Assembly: GCA_949282845.1 (NCBI GenBank) | Contig: CASDQF010000022.1 | Span: 1 to 58,467 of the forward strand | DNA length: 58,467 nucleotides | Direction of reading: 5' to 3' | Source of the DNA: an uncultured Alphaproteobacteria bacterium | GTDB taxonomy: Bacteria; Pseudomonadota; Alphaproteobacteria; CAAHEQ01; UBA3637 | Shown: in pieces, positions 27,626 through 36,420 of the stretch | Layout: every line of letters begins with the position of its first letter | How positions within the stretch are numbered: position 1 is the first letter of the stretch | The notes under the pieces: generated by a model | Told to the model about the DNA's origin: nothing | The model's database searches: none | Seen by the model: only the letters and a program-made list of their open reading frames with translations | Program-made: the position numbers and the translations under genes

Positions 27626-27991
27626 TTATGATTGTTTTTTTTCTTCTAGCATTTGTCGGTCTATCCAAAGCATAATTAAACCGATGAGATATTCTTGCTC
27701 TTTTTCAGTCAAAAGATATCCTTTTGAAAAATGATGCCATTTTTCAATACAGCCTCGACAACAAGTTGCCGTTGCATGCTGCGCAATGAAAACTGGATGA
27801 CCACGCATTGGTGTTTGTTTCCCATCATTTAAAATAACTTCAGGAGCAATTCGTTTTTGAATAAAATCTTGTGCATGTTTTCGAATTGTCTCTATTCCTT
27901 TTTGACGCACATACTGTTTATCCTGATCACTCAAGTGAAAACGATTACGAAATGAAGATTGAGATAATTTTCTTAAAATATCTTCATACAT
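27626..27991 (-). CDS. DUF4186-family protein
   Basis: NDGKQTPMRGHPVFIAQHATATCCRGCIEKWH matches my recollection of the conserved DUF4186 core. Confidence 0.6.
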   Translation of the reverse strand: MYEDILRKLSQSSFRNRFHLSDQDKQYVRQKGIETIRKHAQDFIQKRIAPEVILNDGKQTPMRGHPVFIAQHATATCCRGCIEKWHHFSKGYLLTEKEQEYLIGLIMLWIDRQMLEEKKQS

Positions 27992-27992
27992 T

Positions 27993-29456
27993 TTAACTTC
28001 TTGAATGCTCCTTTAAATCTAACTGAAGTTGGTTATGATGTATTATATTTTTTTCTTCTATTTGTTTTAAAAAAGCCGGCGTTATTTTATTTGCCACTTC
28101 TAAACGACTATCAATGCTGTTATCAAATAAAACATATCCCTTATATATAATACGTTCCGGAGCAGGAAATTGCTGACCTCGAAAAACAAGAGCACAAGTC
28201 CAATTTTCTTTTTCTACAAGAGGCATTATTTTATTTTGAATAAAATCCGTATAAGCTTTTGAAAAGTTCTCAGCCCGTCCAAATAAAGCGTCTTCTATAG
28301 CAACTGCCACCTTATGAGAAAAACCATCCATCAAATGCTGTTCCGGTTCAAAGATATATTGTTCTTTCTTTTTGTTTTCAAGTAAATATTGATAATAATA
28401 CGGTTTCTTATTTCTGAGACGAATAGCTGTAATCTTAGCTTCCTCTGGAATACGATAAATCATATTTTCCCATTTATCAAAATTAAGAGAAATCGGTTCT
28501 ATTTCCTGCCACCCTTCTCGAACAAGACCGGTTTGCAAACAAGGTAAAAAATCTGTGAGTAAATATTGATTCATTAAGTAGAAACTCTCTATCCCTCTTT
28601 TGTCCAAATCTATTTCACATGCTGTATGATCTAAACGAAAAAAAGGTGCTTGTAATTTTGTCTCAGGAAGATTAAAAAATAAATATATTTTTTCAGGATT
28701 CATATCTTCCTCTATCCGACTGGAACAAAGATATGAATAAAATCCGTCTATACCGACAAGCACCCCTTTTGTCAAAAAACGTTTTAAATCTTCAACGATA
28801 CCTAAATTTTTAAAAGGCTGCCGACGCCCCCATAACATATATTGATGACGTAAACAAAATGTTTTTTCTGATTGAATATGAATGTCTCTAATCAATGATT
28901 TAAAATCTACAAGAACGCCCTCACGATCTTCGAAAGCTTTATTCAAAGTTTGAGCTTGATAATTTAAATAAATTCTTGGATCTGAAGAAGCTCTTTTTTT
29001 AGCATACTCTGTTGAAAAATAAGAAGCATCAAATCCCCTTTCCCAAGATAAACGAGTTCTGTCTGCATCCCATAAACAAGCGCTGATATAATCTACTGGT
29101 TGATGTCCCGTTGTATGCTGAGCAATTGCTCGTAAAATAGCCTCATCCTTTGAAGGAGATATAACTTCTCGAAAACAATTTAAAATTTGACGTGCCAAAG
29201 GTAATGCCTTTAAACCATGCTCCACATCATACCTGTCATCTATACGAGCACAATCATGTAAAGCGGCAGCAAATAAAACAGGCATAGGATCTTGATGAAG
29301 TTGAAAAGCATAATCTATGGCGCGAAAGACAACCTGATAAGTATGTGTTTCTAAACCATGGTATCCTTTAGGTGATTGATATGAATGTTGCTTTAATTCA
29401 GGTAAAATTTTTTCTTCAAAAAAAAGGAAATAATCTCGTATGTTTTCAAATATCAT
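27993..29456 (-). CDS. HD-domain protein with a ~330-aa unrecognised C-terminal region
   Basis: N-terminal HD fold (HGLETHTYQV...AAALHDCARIDD...AQHTTG...LWDADR). I recognise nothing in the rest. Its stop is 1 nt from the DUF4186 start. Confidence 0.6.
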   Translation of the reverse strand: MIFENIRDYFLFFEEKILPELKQHSYQSPKGYHGLETHTYQVVFRAIDYAFQLHQDPMPVLFAAALHDCARIDDRYDVEHGLKALPLARQILNCFREVISPSKDEAILRAIAQHTTGHQPVDYISACLWDADRTRLSWERGFDASYFSTEYAKKRASSDPRIYLNYQAQTLNKAFEDREGVLVDFKSLIRDIHIQSEKTFCLRHQYMLWGRRQPFKNLGIVEDLKRFLTKGVLVGIDGFYSYLCSSRIEEDMNPEKIYLFFNLPETKLQAPFFRLDHTACEIDLDKRGIESFYLMNQYLLTDFLPCLQTGLVREGWQEIEPISLNFDKWENMIYRIPEEAKITAIRLRNKKPYYYQYLLENKKKEQYIFEPEQHLMDGFSHKVAVAIEDALFGRAENFSKAYTDFIQNKIMPLVEKENWTCALVFRGQQFPAPERIIYKGYVLFDNSIDSRLEVANKITPAFLKQIEEKNIIHHNQLQLDLKEHSRS

Positions 29457-29480
29457 TTTCCACTCTTTTAAACGAAAATG

Positions 29481-29509
29481 ATATTATGCTAAAATGATAT
29501 TTTTGTCAA
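29481..29509 (-). promoter_or_regulatory. Near-consensus sigma70 promoter for the HD-487aa/DUF4186 operon
   Basis: The reverse strand reads TTGACA (29509-29504), a 17-nt spacer, then TAATAT (29486-29481). This is about 25 nt upstream of the ATG at 29456. Confidence 0.55.
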
Positions 29510-29559
29510 GATTTTTAAATTGTTTTCCATCATTTATTCCAAGAAATTGACTTCACATT

Positions 29560-30093
29560 TTAAGTTTTAATCCATACCCTATACTCTAAATGATTATCAA
29601 TTTTTATCGGTGTATCTTCATAGCCCCCTTTTTCTTTCATAACAGATATCATCGCCCGATACGAAGGTTTATTCTCTGCAATGCAAGAAAGAAGAACTTC
29701 TTGTAAATTAAGTTGCTCAGAACACCATTTCAAAATCAATTTAAGCCCTTCTTTCACATAACCTTTTTGACGATAAGATGGCACAATTTCATAAGCAATA
29801 TGCCCTCCGCTTTTCCTTAACTCCTCATTCAACTCATGCCGCACATTATAAACGCCGACAAATACATCATCATTGAATAAAAATAAAACCGTCGATGGAA
29901 CTCTACCCTCTGGTTGATTATCTGAACAACATTCTTTTAAATAAATTAAATAATCCTTAAAATCCTTTTCCATAAAAGTAATTGCTTTCCTGACTTGATA
30001 AATATCATAAGGAGACGGATGATCCTTGATTTCTTGTAATCCTTTTTTTATTTTTTGCAGATTAATCTCTTCAGCTAAAAACAATTTCAACAT
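29560..30093 (-). CDS. GNAT family acetyltransferase
   Basis: Trimmed to MLKLFLAE, which has RBS GGAGAGGA. SYRQKGYVKEGLKLILKWCSEQ is an acetyl-CoA-binding region. Confidence 0.75.
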   Translation of the reverse strand: MLKLFLAEEINLQKIKKGLQEIKDHPSPYDIYQVRKAITFMEKDFKDYLIYLKECCSDNQPEGRVPSTVLFLFNDDVFVGVYNVRHELNEELRKSGGHIAYEIVPSYRQKGYVKEGLKLILKWCSEQLNLQEVLLSCIAENKPSYRAMISVMKEKGGYEDTPIKIDNHLEYRVWIKT

Positions 30094-30118
30094 TTTATTT
30101 CCTCTCCAAAAGAACTTG

Positions 30119-31201
30119 TTAATTATCATCTACAACACCGTTCTCTAATAATGCGACTTGTTTTTTCTCAGGATTAATTTGAGCCTGCACCCCATAAGGT
30201 AAAATAAGTTGTGGCAATGTATGCCCAAAATCCATATGAGTAACAACAGGCATATCTGAACGACCATACTCTTTTAAAACTGTCAAAATAGCCGTATCAT
30301 AATCCGTATAATGAGCTAACCAATTCTCTCTATCTTCCTGATCCTTAAAAAAACCATTCCCTGGTCTTGCGAACAAAAGCCCGTTCAACTTTTCTAAAAT
30401 TCCCTGAGCACCTAAACCTCTGAGCCAATACTTTACATATGAAGGTGATGGTCTTTCTTCGCTGATTTCCAGAAACAAAATAGCTCCATCCCAAACATCT
30501 TTAGAAGGCCATAACGATGTCCCATTAATACACCCCATTAATGCATCAAAACACCCTCCCAATAAATGACCTTGAACGACTTTTTCTCCTTGAATATACC
30601 GCCAAGGTGTTGAGGGAATACGAGGACGAATGGGCGCCGTTTGATCTGACCAATCAATCGTATCCACAATAAAAGCTTCACTTTCCGGTAAAATGCCAAC
30701 AGGTTCTGACGAAAATAAAGTTTTTTTTGCATTTTCAACCATTATATTCGGAATCCCTCCGTTTTCAGCATATCCGAATAAAAGAGAGGGAGAATAAAAA
30801 GAACAAAGGCCTGCTTCAAAACACATGAAATGATTAACTGTCGTATCAGAAAATCCTAAAAACACTTTTGGATGTTGTCGAATAATATCAAAGTGTTTTT
30901 CGTTCATCAACTGCAGCAAACGAATGGTATCATCTCCTCCTATATTACACAAAACGCCTTTAATCTCAGGATTCTCAAAAGCTTCCATTAAATCAGCTAA
31001 GCGATATTCTGGATGCGCATAAACCTCTTCGGGCATATCCAATGCATGTGAAGTCGGAACAACATTTATCCCAAAACTCTCTTTAATCTGGCGAACGCCC
31101 TGTTCAAAACGATGAGGAAATAACCCAGCAGCTCCGAATGACAATGTAATAGCAGCTATTGTATCTCCTTTACGAAGCACTTTTGATTTTATGAGTTGCA
31201 T
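30119..31201 (-). CDS. Peptidase S66 (LD-carboxypeptidase / MccF-like serine peptidase)
   Basis: The nucleophile motif LGFSDTT and the histidine motif DFGHTLPQ are present. At 360 aa the length is closer to MccF-type than to LdcA-type proteins. Confidence 0.8.
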   Translation of the reverse strand: MQLIKSKVLRKGDTIAAITLSFGAAGLFPHRFEQGVRQIKESFGINVVPTSHALDMPEEVYAHPEYRLADLMEAFENPEIKGVLCNIGGDDTIRLLQLMNEKHFDIIRQHPKVFLGFSDTTVNHFMCFEAGLCSFYSPSLLFGYAENGGIPNIMVENAKKTLFSSEPVGILPESEAFIVDTIDWSDQTAPIRPRIPSTPWRYIQGEKVVQGHLLGGCFDALMGCINGTSLWPSKDVWDGAILFLEISEERPSPSYVKYWLRGLGAQGILEKLNGLLFARPGNGFFKDQEDRENWLAHYTDYDTAILTVLKEYGRSDMPVVTHMDFGHTLPQLILPYGVQAQINPEKKQVALLENGVVDDN

Positions 31202-31351
31202 TTTCCCTCCTTATAAAGGATATCATCAAAAAAATAATTTTCAAGAATTCTTAATAAAGAAGGAACATTTCATTTTCTGTTTTTAACAGATAAAAATTTT
31301 TAGAAATTCAAAAAACTTTTAAAATCAATGACAAAAAATAACGCTAGATTT

Positions 31352-31383
31352 CAAAAAAATAAGCCCTAGAAAAACAAGGGCTT
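31352..31383 (-). terminator. Rho-independent terminator of tRNA-Pro
   Basis: The reverse strand reads AAGCCCT-tgtttttc-TAGGGCTT followed by ATTTTTTTG, starting 4 nt after the tRNA CCA end. Confidence 0.65.
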
Positions 31384-31386
31384 AAT

Positions 31387-31463
31387 TGGTCGGGGCGGCG
31401 GGACTTGAACCCACGACCCCTTGCACCCCATACAAGTACTCTACCAGGCTGAGCTACGCCCCG
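31387..31463 (-). tRNA. tRNA-Pro (anticodon GGG), CCA encoded
   Basis: The reverse strand reads CGGGGCG TA GCTC AGCCTGGTA GAGT A CTTGT AT-GGG-GT GCAAG GGGTC GTGGG TTCAAGT CCCGC CGCCCCG ACCA. The cloverleaf folds by hand. Confidence 0.9.
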
Positions 31464-31525
31464 ACAATGAAAAAACTTATATCACTCTTTCTCCTTAAAT
31501 GCAAATCTTTTTTATAAAATTGAAT

Positions 31526-32407
31526 TCATCTCACTCGCATAAAATGCCAATCCATATAAATTCGCTGCCTTATATGGTCTGCAATCATAATAGGATAAAT
31601 AGAACGTTTAATCCCGGCATTTTTCATCAATTCCGTTCCTTTTTCAAAATACTGTCCCATTTGCGAAACGCTGTGAGCATCATCTGAAAGCACAACAGGA
31701 ATCTGATACTTAGCAAGTAATTTCAAAATTCGATTAGATGGATAAGCTTCATCTTTTTGTCTCAAAGCACTTGTGTTTACTTCGGCTTTACCTCCACATG
31801 CAGCCAACAGAGCTATTGTTTCCTCTTCTTCTTTCTCCCACTCTTTCCCATACCCTAATCCAACTTTTGCCGGCAAATCTAAATGCGCCATAAAATCAAA
31901 GGCTTTAAATTTAATAGCCGAACGCACATTTTTCCAATATATTTTCAAAATCTCTTTTTGTTCCATAAAAGATGCTTTCTTCATATCATGTGTATTTAGC
32001 AAATGACCTTGGTAATTGACAAAATGTGCAGAACCAATTAAATAGTCTGGTTTCAAAAGATTGATAATACGATAAAAATCACCCTTCCACTGAGTTGTAT
32101 CGAAAAAATCGACCTCCATTCCTTTATAAATAGGAAACTGAGTGATTTGTTCAATTCTCTTTATTTCTTGAAATAAAGGAAAAAATTTAAATAGAGCCTC
32201 TTCAAAGCTTTCAGAATAAATATTTTGATAATTTCTTTTAGATGCATACTCATAAAAAGTTGCCTTTTTTATATCAGGATGAACAATAAAATGATTGGCA
32301 ATCCCAATTCTTGACCAACGTAATTTTTTGGCTTGCCGAACCATTTCTTCGACTGTATTTTGCCCATCAAAACCAATTGTATGCGTATGAAGTGAAAAAT
32401 GCTGCAT
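31526..32407 (-). CDS. PHP-family phosphoesterase, histidinol-phosphatase (HisJ/HisK)-like
   Basis: The N-terminal LHTHT metal motif, later HLD and DDAHS motifs, and the ~290-aa size fit the family. Confidence 0.7.
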   Translation of the reverse strand: MQHFSLHTHTIGFDGQNTVEEMVRQAKKLRWSRIGIANHFIVHPDIKKATFYEYASKRNYQNIYSESFEEALFKFFPLFQEIKRIEQITQFPIYKGMEVDFFDTTQWKGDFYRIINLLKPDYLIGSAHFVNYQGHLLNTHDMKKASFMEQKEILKIYWKNVRSAIKFKAFDFMAHLDLPAKVGLGYGKEWEKEEEETIALLAACGGKAEVNTSALRQKDEAYPSNRILKLLAKYQIPVVLSDDAHSVSQMGQYFEKGTELMKNAGIKRSIYPIMIADHIRQRIYMDWHFMRVR

Positions 32408-32515
32408 TTTCTTTCCTTTTTATTTATTATAAAGAATATAGCATATTTTAAAAACAAATCAATTTTTATCAATGCCACTCATCCCAACAGCAACAACAGA
32501 CAAACAAAATATATC

Positions 32516-32544
32516 TTGACATGTTGTCCTTTTTTTAATAAAAT
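32516..32544 (+). promoter_or_regulatory. Near-consensus sigma70 promoter for rpsD
   Basis: TTGACA (32516-32521), a 17-nt spacer, then TAAAAT (32539-32544). This leaves a leader of about 110 nt. Confidence 0.55.
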
Positions 32545-32658
32545 GCACTCCTTAAATCTCAAGAAAGTGAATGCAGGTGTTGGTTTCCTGTTCATTCGGT
32601 CCGCAGCTTCGCTGGCAGGAACTATTGGGGAAATTATTGACAATAAAGGAAAAACAAC

Positions 32659-33273
32659 ATGTCAAAACGCATTAATGCAAAGTATAAAATTGAACGCCGC
32701 TTAGGAACATCCTTGTGGGGTCGTGCAAAATCTCCTTTTAACAAACGTGAATATGGTCCCGGTCAACATGGTCAACATCATGGCAAACCAACCGACTATG
32801 GCACACAGTTGCGTGCTAAACAACGCTTAAAAGGTTATTACGGCAATGTTTCTGAAAAACAATTACGTAAGTATTATGCTGAAGCTATTCGTCGTAAAGG
32901 TGATACTTCCGAAAACTTAGTGGGTATTTTGGAAAGCCGCTTAGATGCAGTCGTATATCGGATGAAATTTGTTCCGACTGTTTTCGCTGCACGTCAGTTC
33001 GTAAATCATGGTCATATTTTGGTCAACGGTAAAAAAGTCAACATTCCTTCTTATCTTGTAAAAGAAGGTGATGTTATTGAGGTAAATGGAAAAGCAAAAG
33101 AAATGGCTTTGGTTATCGAAGCGATGGCTTCTGCTGAACGCTCTGTTCCTGATTACATTACAGTTGATGAAAAAAATATGTCTGGTACTTTCGTTCGTGT
33201 TCCTAACTTGGCTGATATTCCATATGCTTGCCAAATGGAACCAAACTTGGTGGTCGAATTCTACTCCAGATAA
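32659..33273 (+). CDS. rpsD: 30S ribosomal protein S4
   Basis: [15 protein letters not shown]...[16 protein letters not shown]...S4 domain [11 protein letters not shown]. Canonical. Confidence 0.95.
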   Translation: MSKRINAKYKIERRLGTSLWGRAKSPFNKREYGPGQHGQHHGKPTDYGTQLRAKQRLKGYYGNVSEKQLRKYYAEAIRRKGDTSENLVGILESRLDAVVYRMKFVPTVFAARQFVNHGHILVNGKKVNIPSYLVKEGDVIEVNGKAKEMALVIEAMASAERSVPDYITVDEKNMSGTFVRVPNLADIPYACQMEPNLVVEFYSR

Positions 33274-33290
33274 AAAACCATCAATACAAA

Positions 33291-33317
33291 AGCCGCTCAC
33301 AAGAGCGGCTTTTTTTA
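33291..33317. terminator. Rho-independent terminator between convergent rpsD and the GT2-GtrA gene
   Basis: AGCCGCTC-acaa-GAGCGGCT followed by TTTTTTT. Confidence 0.75.
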
Positions 33318-33335
33318 TCCCGTAAAAAACTAAGC

Positions 33336-34439
33336 TCAAATTTCCGGTAAAATCCTTTTTTGAGGGAAAACAAGATATTTTCGTAAAATAAAATTACCAA
33401 TTAAACCAATTAAAGTAGACCAACATTTACTCCAAAAAACTGAAAGCCCCATCCACATAAAACTATATGTTACCCCATAGTCTAAGCTTCCCATAATTAA
33501 AAGTGTCAAAAAATACATAAGCATCTCTATTGCATTATTCCACCTTGCTTTATGACGAAATAATATAGCGATACATAACAGATAATTAACAAAAGCTGCC
33601 ATTAAAAAAGCAATACCGACAGAAAAAATAACAGGTATATGGAAAGCTAATAAAAGCATAAAGAAAATTAAATTAGCAATAGCACTCATACCGCCAATCA
33701 ATAAATAAAGTAAAAACTGCATTGGTAAAGGAGCAGTCGGTGCTCCATAATGCAGAATACAGTATAATGCTCGAAGACCATCCTTATAATTGATTTTTTT
33801 CCCTTCCGCATATGTTCTGGGCGTATAATGAATAGCACACTCATAAACACGATAATGTCCTTGAGCTACATAAGTTGTCATTTCCGGTTCAAAGCCAAAT
33901 CTATTTTCCTTCAACTTTGGTGCAATTTCTTGAATAACATCTCGACGAAACAACTTATAACATGTTTCCATGTCTGAAATATCTAACCCTGTAAACATAT
34001 TAGAGGTCAAAGTTAACATCTTATTCATAGAAGAATGCCAAAAGGATAAAATACGCCTCATATCCGGACGCAAATAGCGAGATCCAAAAACAACATCTGC
34101 TTTTCCTTCCTGTAAAGGGATAAGCATTTGCTTATAATCCTCTGGATTATACTCCATATCAGCATCTTGAATGCCGACATAATCTCCTGTTGCCTCCATA
34201 AAGCCTGTTCGAAGAGCTGCTCCTTTACCTTGGTTTATCATGTGCTTTAGAACCTTTAAATGAGAGTACTTTTTAGAAAGAGAATATGCTATCTCTAAAC
34301 TTTTATCTGTTGAGCAATCATCCACTAAAATAAGCTCTATTTGCAAACTTTTACTCTCTATTGCAAATACTCGCTTTACTATTTCTTTCAACGAGTTTTC
34401 TTCATTATAACAGGGCATAATTAAACTCAGTTTTGTCAT
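33336..34439 (-). CDS. Polyprenyl-phosphate glycosyltransferase (GT2, ArnC/DPM1-like) fused to a GtrA-like membrane domain
   Basis: LSLIMPCYNEE...VDDCSTDKS...QDADMEY, then 4 TM helices ending in GNFILRKYLVF, a GtrA-type motif. Confidence 0.8.
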   Translation of the reverse strand: MTKLSLIMPCYNEENSLKEIVKRVFAIESKSLQIELILVDDCSTDKSLEIAYSLSKKYSHLKVLKHMINQGKGAALRTGFMEATGDYVGIQDADMEYNPEDYKQMLIPLQEGKADVVFGSRYLRPDMRRILSFWHSSMNKMLTLTSNMFTGLDISDMETCYKLFRRDVIQEIAPKLKENRFGFEPEMTTYVAQGHYRVYECAIHYTPRTYAEGKKINYKDGLRALYCILHYGAPTAPLPMQFLLYLLIGGMSAIANLIFFMLLLAFHIPVIFSVGIAFLMAAFVNYLLCIAILFRHKARWNNAIEMLMYFLTLLIMGSLDYGVTYSFMWMGLSVFWSKCWSTLIGLIGNFILRKYLVFPQKRILPEI

Positions 34440-34441
34440 TT

Positions 34442-36292
34442 TTATTCCTCATAATATTTATCTTGCGGTTCTTTTAAAATCAAAAAATAAAAACCTCCGC
34501 TCAAATCAATAAAATCTATCAACAATGGCGCTGTTTCTTTCAAAAAAAACGGATTATTTGTTAATATTGCTTCATAAACAAACGGTTGCGAAAGCGCTTG
34601 CTTATGATAATAAGGTTTAATTTGTATTGCTTTGATTTCTCTGTCTGGAATTTGCTTTGTTAAAACAAATAAAGGATATTCCCATGCATCTTCATGCAAA
34701 GCCAAACCCAAATGCTTAACATTTAAACGCTTCATTTCTTCTGGTACTTGTTTATAAATTGAATATAAATCAGGAGCTCTTAAAAAATAACTAACCTCTC
34801 GTTCTTGTCGAGGAAAACTTTTTGTAACGATTGAATACTCATATGGAAAGGCTAATATTAAAAAAACAAACAATAATCCAATAGCCCATCTACCTTTAAT
34901 AAAACGACAGTGTTGCCAAACATAGATAATAAATGGAATAGACAACGCAAAAAAAGGTAAATCAAGACGTGTTGCCCAAGGCTGATATGTTGTTAAAAAT
35001 GTATATAAAAAATATCCTCCCCATAAGCATACTAAATAAAGCAATATTGTTTTTTTGGGTCTAACCCATATAAATAAAATCAAACTCACAAATAACAAAT
35101 AAAAAGTAGTAACATTTCCTGAAACGTCTTCATTTATCATGAAAGGATAAAATTGTGCACCAAAAGGATTTAACGCAGGATCATCTGCTTTTACACCTAT
35201 TAGATTATGCACCTCTTTAACAAGAGGTAATGGATCAAAAATTGACAATTTTTGTGGCATTTGAGCATGCAAATACAAATTCTTACTCAGTGTTGAAATC
35301 ATATGTCTCCAGGATGGATTTTTTTGAATATTCTTATTCACAACAAAGTCCGGATACTCTGCTAAAAAAGTTTTTCCCGCACTAACGGGATGTCCATATA
35401 GAACAATATTCCTTGTCCAAAAAGGTGTATTAACTATTATTACAGTAAAAAGAGGAACTAAAACAATAGAAAAAATTCCACGATGATATGTCTTTAAATA
35501 AAGAACTCCGAACCACAGTAAAAAAGGCACTGCAAAAAAATAAAAAGTCCCTTTTGTTAGCATACCACAAGCAACAGCAATGGAAAAAGCAAATAAATCC
35601 CCAAAAACATACTTACGTGTTATTTTAAGACCAAAATAAACTGAAGCTAAAACAAAAAAGGTACAAACTAAGTCATTTTGTGTCGTTACTGATTGTAACA
35701 TAGCCATAGGTATCAGATAAAAAAGACCGCTCCCAATCATTGAAAGTTTTTTTGATAATTGGAAAAAACAGCAAATCAGATAAACTAGGAAACCTGATAA
35801 AATATAGGCTAAAAATTGAACAAGATTAACCAAATAATCCGAATTTGTTAGAATCATAAGATGTGTCATAAAATATTCTGAAAAAGGAGTAAAAACGAGC
35901 TGACGATCATTCATCACCGGATAAGAAGCGACACTTTCATTTTGTATCCAATAAGCACATCTAGCTAAATGATAAGTCATAGAATCGAAATTAAAAGGAG
36001 CTTGAATAAGTGCAGAAATTCCTAATAAGATAATATAAATCAACAACGCAAAAAAAATAAATTGCTCTTTTTTTGGCAATTGTTGTCTAACTTTCAATAA
36101 ACCAACTATTTTAGTTTTTAGGCTAAAATGGAAGTGTGTTTTATAATATAGATAAATAATAAAAAACGCTAAAATAATACTCCAAATACAAAATATACCC
36201 GTTTTATTAAGGCAATCGAAAAAAGACAAAACTTCTGTACTGATTGCCACGAAAAGACAAATACTCAAAAAAAATTTTATAATTTTTTCCAT
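34442..36292 (-). CDS. Polytopic membrane glycosyltransferase, GT39/ArnT (PMT_2)-like
   Basis: About 12 or more TM helices followed by a soluble C-terminal domain. It lies immediately upstream of, and 2 nt from, the polyprenyl-P sugar synthase gene. Confidence 0.6.
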   Translation of the reverse strand: MEKIIKFFLSICLFVAISTEVLSFFDCLNKTGIFCIWSIILAFFIIYLYYKTHFHFSLKTKIVGLLKVRQQLPKKEQFIFFALLIYIILLGISALIQAPFNFDSMTYHLARCAYWIQNESVASYPVMNDRQLVFTPFSEYFMTHLMILTNSDYLVNLVQFLAYILSGFLVYLICCFFQLSKKLSMIGSGLFYLIPMAMLQSVTTQNDLVCTFFVLASVYFGLKITRKYVFGDLFAFSIAVACGMLTKGTFYFFAVPFLLWFGVLYLKTYHRGIFSIVLVPLFTVIIVNTPFWTRNIVLYGHPVSAGKTFLAEYPDFVVNKNIQKNPSWRHMISTLSKNLYLHAQMPQKLSIFDPLPLVKEVHNLIGVKADDPALNPFGAQFYPFMINEDVSGNVTTFYLLFVSLILFIWVRPKKTILLYLVCLWGGYFLYTFLTTYQPWATRLDLPFFALSIPFIIYVWQHCRFIKGRWAIGLLFVFLILAFPYEYSIVTKSFPRQEREVSYFLRAPDLYSIYKQVPEEMKRLNVKHLGLALHEDAWEYPLFVLTKQIPDREIKAIQIKPYYHKQALSQPFVYEAILTNNPFFLKETAPLLIDFIDLSGGFYFLILKEPQDKYYEE

Positions 36293-36357
36293 GATTTTCT
36301 ACCTTTTCAGAGAAAGTAAACTATTCGATATTTTTTGTCAATTTTAATATCAGAATC

Positions 36358-36385
36358 TTGACTTTCTTTTTTGATTGCGTATAAT
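36358..36385 (+). promoter_or_regulatory. Putative sigma70 promoter for glyQS
   Basis: TTGACT (36358-36363), a 16-nt spacer, then TATAAT (36380-36385). Confidence 0.5.
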
Positions 36386-36420
36386 CGGCTCTTAGTTTTT
36401 TTTACAAATGGAGATTAAAA

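Noticed and set aside
31387-31411. Searched by eye for a second copy of the tRNA-Pro or tRNA-Leu 3' ends (att-type direct repeats) to delimit islands
   Set aside because: No GC-rich match to ggcggcgggacttgaacc or ggaagaggactcgaacc was noticed elsewhere in the window. A computational search is needed before drawing any island boundaries.
32399-32704. 101-aa plus-strand ORF spanning the rpsD promoter and leader
   Set aside because: It contains the TTGACA-17-TAAAAT promoter and overlaps the rpsD start out of frame. No RBS and no family signal.
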